Shown here in pieces: positions 1 through 9,564 of a stretch of 64,000 bases of DNA. The notes beneath the pieces are model-generated. The model had not been told where the DNA came from and did no database searches. It worked only from the letters and a program-made list of their open reading frames with translations. Numbering within the stretch: the stretch's first letter is position 1; each line of letters starts with the position of its first letter. The position numbers and the translations under genes are program-made. The stretch lies in assembly GCA_947624325.1 (NCBI GenBank), contig CANQJT010000006.1, forward strand, positions 34,147-98,146, read 5' to 3'. Source of the stretch: Candidatus Gastranaerophilales bacterium. Lineage in GTDB: Bacteria > Cyanobacteriota > Vampirovibrionia > Gastranaerophilales > Gastranaerophilaceae.

Positions 1-1371
1 ATTTATAAAATCTTCATCAATATCACAAGCTTCTTCATCGCCTTGTGCCTTTGCTAATGCCTGTGCTTCAAACCTTTCCCTCTGGTCAACGGGATCAGTT
101 AATTCCGAAAACGCATTCGCTAATTCCCAGCCGTTAACTTTAGACTCAAAACGTTCCGTTAAACGAGGATTATTTCTGTGAACTTTTGCTAACGGAGAAA
201 TTTCTCTCGGATAATCAGTTATATGTACAGGTTGAATTATATATGGTTCAACTTTATCTTCAAATACAGCTTCAACGATTTTACCCCAGTTCATATTTTC
301 TTCAAGTTCAATGCCGAGTTCTTTTGCTGCTTTTTCAGCTTCCTCTGCTGTTGTAAATTGCGCAAAATCAACACCCGTAGCTTCTTTTATACTGCCTATC
401 ATGGTTTTTCTGTCCCACGGAGGAGTTAAATCTATTTCATTTTCGCCGTACTTAATTTTTGTTGTTCCTAAAACTTCTTTTGCAACAAATGCGACCATGT
501 TCTCTGTCAGGGTCATCATGTCGTTATAATCAGAATATGCTTCATAAAGCTCTATTGTAGTAAACTCCGGATTATGAAGTGAATCTATTCCTTCATTTCT
601 GAAACAACGGTTTATTTCAAAGATTTTTTCGCTTAATCCGCCTACCATAAGTCTTTTTAAATGGAGCTCGGGTGCTATTCTCATATACATAGGAATATCA
701 AGCGCATTATGGTGCGTTTCAAACGGTTTTGCATTTGCACCGCCTGCTTGTGAGTGAAGCATAGGTGTTTCAACTTCCAAAAATCCTCTTGATGTTAAAT
801 ATTCTCTTATTTTTTGGATTATTAACCCTCTTTTTCTGAAAGTTTCTTTAACTTCAGGGTTCATAATCATATCAACATATCTTTGGCGGTAACGGGTTTC
901 AACATCCGTTAAACCATGAAATTTTTCGGGCAGAGGTTTTAAGGATTTTGTTAATATTTCTAAATCTACCGTTTTTAAACTTAACTCGCCTCTCGGGGTT
1001 CTTCTTATATCGCCCGTAAAACCTACTATATCACCGATATCTATCATTTTTATAAGTTTTATTTTTTCCTCTGATATATTTTGTTTGTGTGAAAAAATTT
1101 GGATTTTGCCTGTATCATCCATTAAATCAATAAACATGCCCGTATTTCTGACTGCCATAACTCTGCCTGCAACACTGTAGCGGTCTTGGGTTTCTTCTCC
1201 AGCAGGTAAATCTTTGTATTTTTCCTGTAATTCTTTTGCGCTTGCCGTTTTAACAAATTTATACGGATAAGGATTTATTCCTCGTTCTCTTAATTCTTCT
1301 ACCTTATGCAATCTGCCTTGTCTGATTGTATCTATTGATGATGTTGTTTCTTTAACATTAGTATCCTGCAT
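1..1371 (-). CDS. lysS: lysine--tRNA ligase, class II; C-terminus cut by window edge
   Basis: Not in the ORF track because it runs off the window. Reverse-strand reading from ATG at 1369-1371 gives MQDTNVKETTSSIDTIRQGRLHKVEELRERGINPYPYKF...RYRQRYVDMIMNPEV...FEINRCFRNEGID..HNPEFTTIELYEAY, the usual LysRS-II OB fold and class II motifs. Confidence 0.9.
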   Translation of the reverse strand, partial: MQDTNVKETTSSIDTIRQGRLHKVEELRERGINPYPYKFVKTASAKELQEKYKDLPAGEETQDRYSVAGRVMAVRNTGMFIDLMDDTGKIQIFSHKQNISEEKIKLIKMIDIGDIVGFTGDIRRTPRGELSLKTVDLEILTKSLKPLPEKFHGLTDVETRYRQRYVDMIMNPEVKETFRKRGLIIQKIREYLTSRGFLEVETPMLHSQAGGANAKPFETHHNALDIPMYMRIAPELHLKRLMVGGLSEKIFEINRCFRNEGIDSLHNPEFTTIELYEAYSDYNDMMTLTENMVAFVAKEVLGTTKIKYGENEIDLTPPWDRKTMIGSIKEATGVDFAQFTTAEEAEKAAKELGIELEENMNWGKIVEAVFEDKVEPYIIQPVHITDYPREISPLAKVHRNNPRLTERFESKVNGWELANAFSELTDPVDQRERFEAQALAKAQGDEEACDIDEDFIN

Positions 1372-1530
1372 ATTACTCTCCAAATTATTCTTTTGGTTAA
1401 ATTTTAACATTAACATTTTTTTATGTCATTAGAAAATTGTAGGGGTAAAAGCAAAACGGAAAAGCCTGATGTTTCCTTTTTAAATTTTCAGCCGAAAACT
1501 ATTATTAAATTTTCATGCAATAATTAGTTT

Positions 1531-2400
1531 ATGAATATTTTAATCCCCGAAGAATTAGCAATAAAAAAGCCTAAAAGTGAACTTTTAAAAATCATAAACA
1601 ATAAAAAGTTTAATGACCGTGTGCTTTTTGAAGTAAATTCCGATTTTCATAACATTAAAGTCGTTGAAAATGAAATTGGGCGGTTTTTGCACTATAAAGA
1701 CACTTATCAGGCAGGGTTTATTGATACGGAGTTTTACAAAGGCAATCTGCCTTATATTAATTACTTTTTAATTTCATACCTGTTAAACCCGAAAACCGAA
1801 AAAATTCTGGTAATAGGTATGGGTTCAGGTAAGCTTATTAATGATATAGAGTTTCTTTTTGACAATTTAAAAACCATTGATGTCGTTGATTTAGAAGAAA
1901 ATATTGCCGATATTGCCGTAAATTATTTTGATTTTAAGCCGTCTGATAAATTTAATTTTATATTGCAAGACGGGATAACCTATCTTCTTAACTGCCATAA
2001 AAAGTACGATTTAATTATAGTTGATGTCGCAAATAATGACGGCATTGATTTAAGATTTTTAAGTGAAGATTATTTTTCAGCCGTAAAAAAATGTTTGAAA
2101 AAAAGCGGAATATTTGTTTCAAATATGTGTGCAAGCCCCGATTTTGAAAATCCTAAAAACTTATTTTTCAAAAAATATTTCCCGATATATAAAAGATTTT
2201 TCAATAATAATATGGTTTTTAAAGGCAATTATTCCGATGAAGTTTACTATAAAGCATTTTTTAATATAGATGAGAGAGTTATCGATATTACAAATGTAAT
2301 AATCTTTTCATCGGATGATAAATTAAAGTTAAACAAATCAAACATAGAAAAATTCAAAAGTTTAAATATTGATATTTCATTATATTTGAGCCCGGTTTGA
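1531..2400 (+). CDS. spermidine synthase-like SAM-dependent transferase-fold protein
   Basis: ILVIGMGSGKL glycine-rich loop, DVVDLEE acidic strand end and DLIIVDV motif, in the order seen in spermidine-synthase-like proteins. The last 7 codons and the stop lie in repeat sequence. Confidence 0.55.
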   Translation: MNILIPEELAIKKPKSELLKIINNKKFNDRVLFEVNSDFHNIKVVENEIGRFLHYKDTYQAGFIDTEFYKGNLPYINYFLISYLLNPKTEKILVIGMGSGKLINDIEFLFDNLKTIDVVDLEENIADIAVNYFDFKPSDKFNFILQDGITYLLNCHKKYDLIIVDVANNDGIDLRFLSEDYFSAVKKCLKKSGIFVSNMCASPDFENPKNLFFKKYFPIYKRFFNNNMVFKGNYSDEVYYKAFFNIDERVIDITNVIIFSSDDKLKLNKSNIEKFKSLNIDISLYLSPV

Positions 2401-2660
2401 GGCATAGGGTGCATAGCACCTTCAAAGTTTGGACTAACTTATTATATTTGAACCCAACTTGGGGCATAGCCCCTTCAAAGTTTTAACTAAGTTTTTATAT
2501 TTGAGCCCAATTTTAAATCGGCTCTGCCGACGCACAACCCCCTGCAACCTCGCTTTAAAAACCTTCGGTTTTTCCGCTCGGTCGGTGGGGCATAGCCCCT
2601 TCAAAGCTTGGTCTAACTTATTATATTCAAGCCCAATTTTAAACCCGCTCTGCGGGCGCA
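2377..2660. repeat. hairpin-linker repeat array, locus A (4 hairpin-linker units plus a tail module)
   Basis: Hairpins GGTGC-ATA-GCACC (2408-2420), GGGGC-ATA-GCCCC (2461-2473), CGGC-TCT-GCCG (2519-2529), GGGGC-ATA-GCCCC (2587-2599) and CCCGC-TCT-GCGGG (2644-2656), separated by conserved linkers of the form TTCAAAGNTTGGTCTAACTTATTATATTTGAGCCCAA. Confidence 0.85.
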
Positions 2661-2687
2661 AAAAAAAAGGAACTTTTTAGGGTTCCT
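2660..2687 (-). terminator. Rho-independent terminator-like hairpin (minus-strand sense) abutting repeat locus A
   Basis: The minus strand reads AGGAAC-CCTAAAAA-GTTCCT followed by T9. It is the second terminator-like element downstream of the 2926..4059 gene. Confidence 0.5.
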
Positions 2688-2871
2688 CTGAAATCTTTTT
2701 CAATTTCCTCGTGTGTTAGTAAAGGTAGTAAGTAAGGTAAGTATGAATATTAAATATTGGTTTTTCTTTTTAGGCTCTCTTAATATCTTGTGTTTATCAT
2801 CTACATATATATAAAGTATATATCTTTTCAATAATTGCCTTTTTTTATTCCCGTTTTTTTTAAAAAAATTA

Positions 2872-2896
2872 AAAACCCTTGCAATGCAAGGGTTTT
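2872..2896 (-). terminator. Rho-independent terminator of the 4633..2926 operon
   Basis: Palindrome AAAACCCTTGCA-A-TGCAAGGGTTTT about 30 nt after the stop at 2926, followed by a T-rich run on the minus strand. Confidence 0.65.
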
Positions 2897-2925
2897 AGTA
2901 GTTCATAAAACTTAATATTTATAAA

Positions 2926-4059
2926 TTAAACGGCAGATTTTACCTTATCCTGCTTATTTTTATAAAATTTTCTTCTGCGCATTAAATCAACAAAAGCTTC
3001 TAACCTCGTTATATATCCTGCCCTGCCTGACTGTTCATCCATTATTAATGTTAATATCGGTATCTCACAATCTTCTCGCATTGATGGAAATATATTCTGC
3101 GACATAATCTCGGGCATGCAGGTAAACGGGCTTATATGAATTATTCCGTCAGTCCCATGCTCATTAGCATATGCTACATCACTAACTGATTCTAATGCAT
3201 CACCGCCAATATCTCGCATTAAATACGGTTTCGCCATTCTAAATGCTCTCTCTAAATGAGTTTCACCCTTTTTAAACCATTTCGGAATAATTGCATCTTT
3301 TAAAAATCCCGATACGGTAAGGCTTCTTCTTGTTTGAACACCCATTTTCCCCAATTCTTTTTCTATATTCTGGTTGGAAAACGGGTCTTGCACCATAAAT
3401 ATTTCGCCTGTTATATCTACTTTTACAACCTCTCTTTTTTCATCTATCGGAGTTTTTTTTATTTCTGCGGATGCCTCTTTTTCCGCTTGTTTTAACTCTT
3501 TTACATTATTTGCATCCAAAATAAGCGATAATGCCCTGTTATAGTTTTTTTCGGCGGTGCCAAATGTTAACTCTCTTGCACGATAGTATGAAAAAAGATT
3601 TTCAATCCTGTCTAATACAAACATCTTTCTTACGGCAATATTTATTGATTTAATAAGTACTATCGGATTTTTTTCTCCCGTTAATTCGGTTAAAAACCTG
3701 TACATGCCTTTAAATCCGTCATATAACTGCAATTCAATATATTTAGATTCATATCCCAAATCTTTTAAAACATTCCTTATACTTTGACCGTATTCGCCAA
3801 GACGGCAAATTCCGGGTGATGATATCATTGCAACATAATCAACATCCTTCTCAAGCGCCTGCATAAAATTTCCCAATATAAGTTTATACGGCAGACAAAT
3901 TGAATCAGGACTGTATTTCGTACCGAGTTCTAATGTTTTTTTACTTGAATACGGCGGTACGAAGGGTTCTACTCCCAATTTTTTAAGCGCAGATGCCCAT
4001 GCTATATACACATTACCCATATGAGGAAATGCGACTTTTATCTTTTTTTTCTCTTTCAT
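2926..4059 (-). CDS. acyl-CoA dehydratase activase-related protein (HgdB / DUF2229-like)
   Basis: KVAFPHMGNVYIAWASALKKLGVEPFVPP...SPDSICLPYKLILGNF...SSPGICRLGEYG...ISPFTCMPE matches my memory of the 2-hydroxyacyl-CoA dehydratase D-component-like family. No BcrAD/BadFG ATPase partner is nearby. Confidence 0.5.
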   Translation of the reverse strand: MKEKKKIKVAFPHMGNVYIAWASALKKLGVEPFVPPYSSKKTLELGTKYSPDSICLPYKLILGNFMQALEKDVDYVAMISSPGICRLGEYGQSIRNVLKDLGYESKYIELQLYDGFKGMYRFLTELTGEKNPIVLIKSINIAVRKMFVLDRIENLFSYYRARELTFGTAEKNYNRALSLILDANNVKELKQAEKEASAEIKKTPIDEKREVVKVDITGEIFMVQDPFSNQNIEKELGKMGVQTRRSLTVSGFLKDAIIPKWFKKGETHLERAFRMAKPYLMRDIGGDALESVSDVAYANEHGTDGIIHISPFTCMPEIMSQNIFPSMREDCEIPILTLIMDEQSGRAGYITRLEAFVDLMRRRKFYKNKQDKVKSAV

Positions 4060-4060
4060 T

Positions 4061-4633
4061 TTATACTTTTAGCATGTATCCGCCATTTTCTGCATTATGG
4101 AGGATATCTTCATTTAATTTACTTCTTAAATTTTTAATATATTTATATACATAATCTCTTGGCAATTCAAGGATTTTTGCCAAATCTTTTGCATATACTA
4201 TTGTATTTTTATTTTCAAGAAAATGATCAAATACCATTTGTTCACGTTCCGTTAAAGATTTTTTAAATGAATAATTAATATTTTGTTCTTTTTCTTTCTT
4301 TATAGGTTTTTCTTCTTTTTTCTTTACCGAAGTTGTCTCGGGTGTTTTCTTTTCTTCTTTTTTAACGGAAGGTTTTACTTCTTTCTTTTCTGTTATTTCT
4401 TTTTCTTTATTAAAAGACCTTAATGCAATTGTCTGTATTTTCTCGGTTTTAGGTATATATTTATCCGTAGACATTGAATTTAAAGATCTGAACATAACAC
4501 TGTCTACCAAACTGTCATCGTGTTTTTCTTCTTGAATTACTTTTCCTAACCTTGCTGCGTATTCTTCTAATGTAATACGTTCTAATGAGCTTCTCCATTT
4601 GCGGATTTCTTCTTTGCTCAAATATTCAGGCAT
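4061..4633 (-). CDS. K/E-rich protein with C-terminal HTH (LuxR/GerE or sigma-70 region-4-like)
   Basis: The C-terminal LTEREQMVFDHFLENKNTIVYAKDLAKILELPRDYVYKYIKNLRSKL fits the LuxR-type HTH pattern. The centre is a low-complexity KKEEK tract. The stop is 1 nt from the start of the downstream gene. Confidence 0.4.
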   Translation of the reverse strand: MPEYLSKEEIRKWRSSLERITLEEYAARLGKVIQEEKHDDSLVDSVMFRSLNSMSTDKYIPKTEKIQTIALRSFNKEKEITEKKEVKPSVKKEEKKTPETTSVKKKEEKPIKKEKEQNINYSFKKSLTEREQMVFDHFLENKNTIVYAKDLAKILELPRDYVYKYIKNLRSKLNEDILHNAENGGYMLKV

Positions 4634-4833
4634 ACCATTAATCTCCTTGACTCTGATTCATAAACTGATGCGGATTAAATATTTCAAAGACTTTTTAAAT
4701 TATTTTTTAATCTATATGTCAATGTATCTATTAATCTGTTCTCTACATTACAAATCTATCACAAATTTTAAGTAAAATCTTAAAATATAAAGTAATTTAA
4801 ATAAAGTTTTACAAATCTAAATTGTACACTTTA

Positions 4834-5520
4834 TTATGAGAAGAAATGTCCTCTTTTGGAATTTAAAGTTATATTATCAAATGAATATAATCTGGCAGGT
4901 CGTTTTGAACCGACTTTTGTATATTCGTTTAATTCCTTTAAAATAGCACCAGTTAAAACTTTTTTACGGAAGTTTCTTTTATCAAGCTTCATATCAAGAA
5001 TAAGTTCATATGATTTTTGAAGTTCCGTCAAAGTAAATTTTTCAGGCAGAAGCTGGAATGCTATCGGACAAAATTCCAATCTTTCTCTCATTCTTTTTAT
5101 TGAATATTCTATAATTTCTTTATGGTCGTATGCCAATGTAGGAAGATTATATACTTCATGCCACTGAACTTCCGTAATCCCCTGTGAATTATCAACAGAT
5201 AATTTAATATCATCGCTTCTTATTAATGCAAAATATGCACAGGTAATAACCCTTGAACCGGGGTATCTTAAAGGATCGCCGAAAGTATATAATTGTTCAA
5301 GATAAATATTATCTACGTTTGTTTTTTCTTTTAATATCCTTAAAGCAGCGGCATCAAGGTTTTCGGATAATCTGATAAATCCTCCCGGGATTGCCCATCT
5401 CCCTTTAAACGGTTCGTTTGCACGTTTTACCAATAGTACTTGCAGTTTATTATTTTTAATTGTAAATATTACTACGTCGGTTGTGATTTCGTGTGTTTTA
5501 ATTTCTTGAAAAGTGCTCAT
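4834..5520 (-). CDS. Nudix-domain protein with C-terminal winged-helix, NrtR-like regulator
   Basis: The Nudix box GGFIRLSENLDAAALRILKEKTN is degenerate (RI instead of RE, EK instead of EE). The C-terminal roughly 80 aa (LDKRNFRKKVL...RPARLYSF) resembles the NrtR wHTH. Confidence 0.55.
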   Translation of the reverse strand: MSTFQEIKTHEITTDVVIFTIKNNKLQVLLVKRANEPFKGRWAIPGGFIRLSENLDAAALRILKEKTNVDNIYLEQLYTFGDPLRYPGSRVITCAYFALIRSDDIKLSVDNSQGITEVQWHEVYNLPTLAYDHKEIIEYSIKRMRERLEFCPIAFQLLPEKFTLTELQKSYELILDMKLDKRNFRKKVLTGAILKELNEYTKVGSKRPARLYSFDNITLNSKRGHFFS

Positions 5521-5524
5521 ATAA

Positions 5525-6118
5525 CTATATTCCCTGGGTTGATAAATATTCCTCTAATATTGCTTGATGCTGATATCTAAAATCTTCATTACTTATATAA
5601 TTTATATCTTTCAAAGCATTTTTATAATCAGCAATTACAGGGTCAGGAGATGATTTTAAACTGTGATAATTTTTTATTATTGAAGAAACAAATCTTCTTG
5701 TTTCGGTAAAAGGGGGAACTCCGTTGTATTTTTTAACATTTCCGGGGCCTGCATTATATGCGGCAAGTGCAAGTTCCATTGAACCGAACATCTTATACAT
5801 CATTTTATAGTATGAAATGCCTGCTTTTATATTGTCTTGTATGTGATAAGGATTATAACCTAATTTTTTGGCTGTTGAAGGCATTAATTGAAATACCCCT
5901 ACAGCACCGTATCTGCTTCTTTTTTCATGACAAAATCCGGATTCCGCTTTAGCTATGCTTAAAGCTATCGCAGGATCTACTCCCATTTCATTTGCATGCT
6001 TTACAATTAATCCCTTTACTGTTGTTGTATTAACAGCACCTTCTGCCATTGCATCTATAGGAAAACTCATCATTGTAAAAAGAGTTAAAATTGTTGTAAT
6101 TATTACTTTTCCAGCCAT
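5525..6118 (-). CDS. secreted lytic transglycosylase (SLT domain)
   Basis: AKAESGF...GVFQLMPSTAKKLG...AAYNAGPGNV motifs and an N-terminal signal-like segment. I prefer ATG at 6116-6118 (GAGGG 5 nt upstream) over the TTG used by the ORF track. Confidence 0.8.
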   Translation of the reverse strand: MAGKVIITTILTLFTMMSFPIDAMAEGAVNTTTVKGLIVKHANEMGVDPAIALSIAKAESGFCHEKRSRYGAVGVFQLMPSTAKKLGYNPYHIQDNIKAGISYYKMMYKMFGSMELALAAYNAGPGNVKKYNGVPPFTETRRFVSSIIKNYHSLKSSPDPVIADYKNALKDINYISNEDFRYQHQAILEEYLSTQGI

Positions 6119-6245
6119 GTAAACCCTCAATGTTTATTTACCACGGTTTTGAAGTTGTTATTACAATTTTATTACGTAAAAATTAAAATTCAACCGTTTA
6201 GGTATACATATCCCCTAATACTTATAATTTAAATAAAAATTAGAA

Positions 6246-6434
6246 TTAATCCAAAAGTTCATCAAGCAATTTTGCATCTGAAGCGGTTTTTTTGGTATCA
6301 AATACGATATTTCTTTTCATGTATGTTCTTAAAGCCTCACGAATTAACTCGCTTCTTGTTCTCTGTTCATTTTGAGCCATTTCGTCTATTTGATTTAAAA
6401 ATTTTTCAGGGATGGATAATAACACTTTTGCCAT
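6246..6434 (-). CDS. ribbon-helix-helix (CopG/MetJ-type) DNA-binding protein
   Basis: MAKVLLSIPEKFLNQIDEMAQNEQRTRSELIREALRTYM is a classic RHH beta-alpha-alpha N-terminus. No adjacent toxin-like ORF. Confidence 0.6.
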   Translation of the reverse strand: MAKVLLSIPEKFLNQIDEMAQNEQRTRSELIREALRTYMKRNIVFDTKKTASDAKLLDELLD

Positions 6435-6518
6435 AACATTTCCTTATTAATTATTTCATATATATATTATATACTATTATTAATATATAGTCTATAATTA
6501 AAAAAACGGGAGAAAATT

Positions 6519-7754
6519 ATGAATAATTTAAGAAGTAAATATAAATTAATTGATATTTTTTGTGAACTGGCTGAAATACCTTCGCCCTCTTTAAAAGAAG
6601 ATAAAGTAATTAATAAGATATTGGAAATTTTTAAAGAAAATAATATCCATGCCCAAAAAGACGGCTACGGGAATATAAAAGCTAAAATAGAAGCAACCGA
6701 TTCATCAAAAAAACCTTTGCTCTTAAGCGCACATATGGATGTTGTAGGAGATGATTCACCCGTTAATATAAAACTAAACGGGAATATCATTGAAACTGAT
6801 AAAACAAGAACATTAGGTGCAGACGATAAAGCAGGTGTTGCTGCGGCTATTATGCTCGCAATTGAATTATCTCAAAATAAAGAACTTAAACATGGCGGTT
6901 TGGAAATTATTTTTACCCGTGATGAAGAACAAAATATGACGGGCATTCATAATGTAAAAACCGATGAAATTGAAGCTGAACATATTCTTGTATTGGATGC
7001 CGATAAAGTCGGGCAGGTACAAATTGCAGGTGCAAGCTATACAAAATTAACAGTTACGGTAAATGCACTAAAAGGCGGTCATTCCGGTATTGATATTGAT
7101 GATAAAACAAGACTTAATGCCGCAAAATTAATAGCGGAACTTGTTAATGAAATTCCTCAAGGTGTTTATAAAAAAGATGATTTCGGAGTTGTAACTTCAA
7201 TTAACCTTGGTGTAATTATCGGGGGCGGTATTGAAACAGCAATAAATAACATTAAAAATTCTGATTTGCCAAACGGTAAATATCTTGACTGTATTATTGA
7301 AAAAGCTGTTACAAATGTAATTAACACAAAAGCAGGGGCTGCTTATTCAATCAGAAGTTCAAGCAGAGAATTTGAAAATAATTTAATTTCCGACATTAAA
7401 GAAATTGTAAATAACTTCAACAAAAAATATGAAGGACTTGCCAAAGCAGAAGTTCAAACAGCTCAGCATCTTCCTCCGTTTGAAAAAAGCGATGATGAAA
7501 CTTTAATAAATATTGCTAAAATTGCAGGGAAAAATTTAAATCTTGATTTGGATATTTCATCTTTCCATGCAGGTGCAGAAACCCATATCTATGCAAATAA
7601 TAAAAATAAATACGGTAAAACACTTAAACCCGTCTTAATAGGAACTGCAGATGTTTATAATATGCACTCTTCTGATGAACAGATGGATTACACATCTTAC
7701 CTTAAAGGTTATGAATTTCTTAAAGAATTCTTTATACAATTTAATAATAATTAA
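6519..7754 (+). CDS. M20-family metallopeptidase (PepT/PepD-like)
   Basis: SAHMDVVG, LGADDKAGVAA and TRDEE metal-ligand motifs in M20 order. Confidence 0.7.
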   Translation: MNNLRSKYKLIDIFCELAEIPSPSLKEDKVINKILEIFKENNIHAQKDGYGNIKAKIEATDSSKKPLLLSAHMDVVGDDSPVNIKLNGNIIETDKTRTLGADDKAGVAAAIMLAIELSQNKELKHGGLEIIFTRDEEQNMTGIHNVKTDEIEAEHILVLDADKVGQVQIAGASYTKLTVTVNALKGGHSGIDIDDKTRLNAAKLIAELVNEIPQGVYKKDDFGVVTSINLGVIIGGGIETAINNIKNSDLPNGKYLDCIIEKAVTNVINTKAGAAYSIRSSSREFENNLISDIKEIVNNFNKKYEGLAKAEVQTAQHLPPFEKSDDETLINIAKIAGKNLNLDLDISSFHAGAETHIYANNKNKYGKTLKPVLIGTADVYNMHSSDEQMDYTSYLKGYEFLKEFFIQFNNN

Positions 7755-7846
7755 TACATGTACTTGAAATATTATTTTCTTCTTACTATTATAATAAACA
7801 AGACTTACCCACCACCAAAGTCACAATATCAAAAAAGGAAAAAAGA

Positions 7847-8122
7847 ATGGCTATAAACTTAAAAAACAAAGCCGAAATAGTTAAAAAATTCGGTAAAAAT
7901 GAACAAGATACAGGCAATGTAGAAACCCAAATTGCACTGTTAACAGAAAAAATAACAGAATTAACAGAACATCTTAAAAATAATCAAAAAGATTTCCAAG
8001 GTCGCAGAGGGCTTTTAATGATGGTTGGTAAAAGAAAAAGACTTTTATCATACTTAAAAGACAGAAATCTTGATGATTACAGAAAGATTATTAAAAAATT
8101 AAACATAAGAGAAACAAAATAG
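7847..8122 (+). CDS. rpsO: 30S ribosomal protein S15
   Basis: 91 aa. TGNVETQIALLTEKITELTEHLK..HKKD-like..GLLMMVGKRKRLLSYL is the S15 signature. Confidence 0.95.
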   Translation: MAINLKNKAEIVKKFGKNEQDTGNVETQIALLTEKITELTEHLKNNQKDFQGRRGLLMMVGKRKRLLSYLKDRNLDDYRKIIKKLNIRETK

Positions 8123-8145
8123 TTAAATTTTAAAAAAATGTTAAA

Positions 8146-8170
8146 GACCGCAATATTTGCGGCCTTTTTA
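8146..8170 (+). terminator. rpsO terminator
   Basis: GACCGCAA-TAT-TTGCGGCC hairpin followed by TTTTT. Confidence 0.7.
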
Positions 8171-8240
8171 TTTGACCATGATATTTTTTGAAGGTACAAT
8201 TACATAAAACGGTTAGAAGAAATCATGAAAGAGAGATAAA

Positions 8241-9512
8241 ATGAGTTCAAAAAAATATTTATTTACTTCTGAATCGGTAACGGAAGGACATCCCGACAAA
8301 GTATGCGACCAAATTTCAGACGCAATTTTGGATGAATTCCTTACAAAAGATTCAAAATCAAGAGTAGCGGCAGAAACCTCCGTTACAACAGGCATGGTTC
8401 TTGTATCTGGCGAAATAACTTCTTCATGCTATGTTGATATTCCGCAAGTTGTAAGGACAACAATAGAAAATATCGGATATACAGGTAAATCATCGGGCGG
8501 ATTTGACAGCAAAACCTGTGCTGTTATAACAAGTATTGATGAGCAATCAACTGATATAGCAGGCGGTGTTAATAAAGCATTTGAAACAAGAGATAATAAT
8601 GCTGCAGTTTCATCCGATGAAACAAATAATATTGGTGCAGGAGATCAGGGAATTATGTTCGGTTTTGCCTGCAACGAAACACCTGAACTTATGCCTTTGC
8701 CTATAAGCCTTGCGCATAAACTTTCATATAGACTTGCTCAAGTCAGAAAACAAGGTATTTTATCTTATTTAAGACCTGACGGTAAATCTCAGGTTACAGT
8801 TGAATACGAAAATGATAAACCCGTAAGAATTGATACAGTTGTTATTTCAACTCAGCATGATGAAACAATAAACGGAATTACCGATAATGCTCAAATTCAG
8901 GAAATTATAAGAAAAGATGTAATTGAACATGTTATTAATTATGTATTTTCACATGAAGAATTAAAACCTGATAATTCAACAAAATATTTAATAAATCCTT
9001 CGGGCAGATTTGTAATAGGCGGCCCTCAAGGTGATGCAGGTTTAACGGGCAGAAAAATTATAGTAGATACATATGGCGGTTACTCAAGACATGGCGGCGG
9101 AGCTTTCTCGGGCAAAGATCCAACCAAAGTAGACAGAAGTGCAGCTTATGCGGCAAGATATGTAGCTAAAAATATTGTAGCTGCAGGTTTGGCTGATAAA
9201 TGCGAAATCGAACTTGCTTATGCAATCGGTGTTGCTCAACCTGTTTCTATCTACGTTGAAACCTTTGGAACAGGCAAAATCTCTGATGATGATATTATGA
9301 TGCTTATTCAAAAGAACTTTGATTTAAGACCGATTGCTATTATTAATCAGTTTGATTTGAGAAATCTTCCTAAGAAAAACGGAGGTAAGTTCTATCAAAA
9401 ACTCGCTGCATACGGACACTTGGGAAGAACTGATTTTGATGTTCCTTGGGAACACACAGATAAAGCTCAACTGCTTAAAGAACAAGCTTCTTCTTTAGCT
9501 GTTGGTGTGTAA
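8241..9512 (+). CDS. metK: S-adenosylmethionine synthetase
   Basis: [25 protein letters not shown] and [19 protein letters not shown] motifs. Confidence 0.97.
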   Translation: MSSKKYLFTSESVTEGHPDKVCDQISDAILDEFLTKDSKSRVAAETSVTTGMVLVSGEITSSCYVDIPQVVRTTIENIGYTGKSSGGFDSKTCAVITSIDEQSTDIAGGVNKAFETRDNNAAVSSDETNNIGAGDQGIMFGFACNETPELMPLPISLAHKLSYRLAQVRKQGILSYLRPDGKSQVTVEYENDKPVRIDTVVISTQHDETINGITDNAQIQEIIRKDVIEHVINYVFSHEELKPDNSTKYLINPSGRFVIGGPQGDAGLTGRKIIVDTYGGYSRHGGGAFSGKDPTKVDRSAAYAARYVAKNIVAAGLADKCEIELAYAIGVAQPVSIYVETFGTGKISDDDIMMLIQKNFDLRPIAIINQFDLRNLPKKNGGKFYQKLAAYGHLGRTDFDVPWEHTDKAQLLKEQASSLAVGV

Positions 9513-9531
9513 ATTAAATCTTAATATTAAA

Positions 9532-9564
9532 AGACTAACAGAAAAAATCTGTTAGTCTTTTTTT
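9532..9564. terminator. bidirectional terminator between metK and cca
   Basis: AGACTAACAG-AAAAAAT-CTGTTAGTCT with a T-run after and an A-run before. The 3-prime arm overlaps the cca stop codon. Confidence 0.7.

Noticed and set aside
2434-2680. ORFs 2434..2661 (-), 2459..2680 (+) and 13409..13594 (+) inside the repeat arrays, with internally repeated peptides
   Set aside because: The peptide repeats follow from the DNA repeats. Between copies the hairpin arms change in a paired way rather than synonymously, which argues for structural rather than coding constraint. Both strands are open over the same DNA.
6435-6518. Recurrent GTATATATAC / AAAGTATATAT-like strings in promoter-type regions (also at about 2811, 13645 and 15965) as a possible global operator
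   Set aside because: Alternating TA runs are expected by chance in roughly 20% GC intergenic DNA. Only the copies flanking repeat loci A and B show extended similarity, and those are reported separately.
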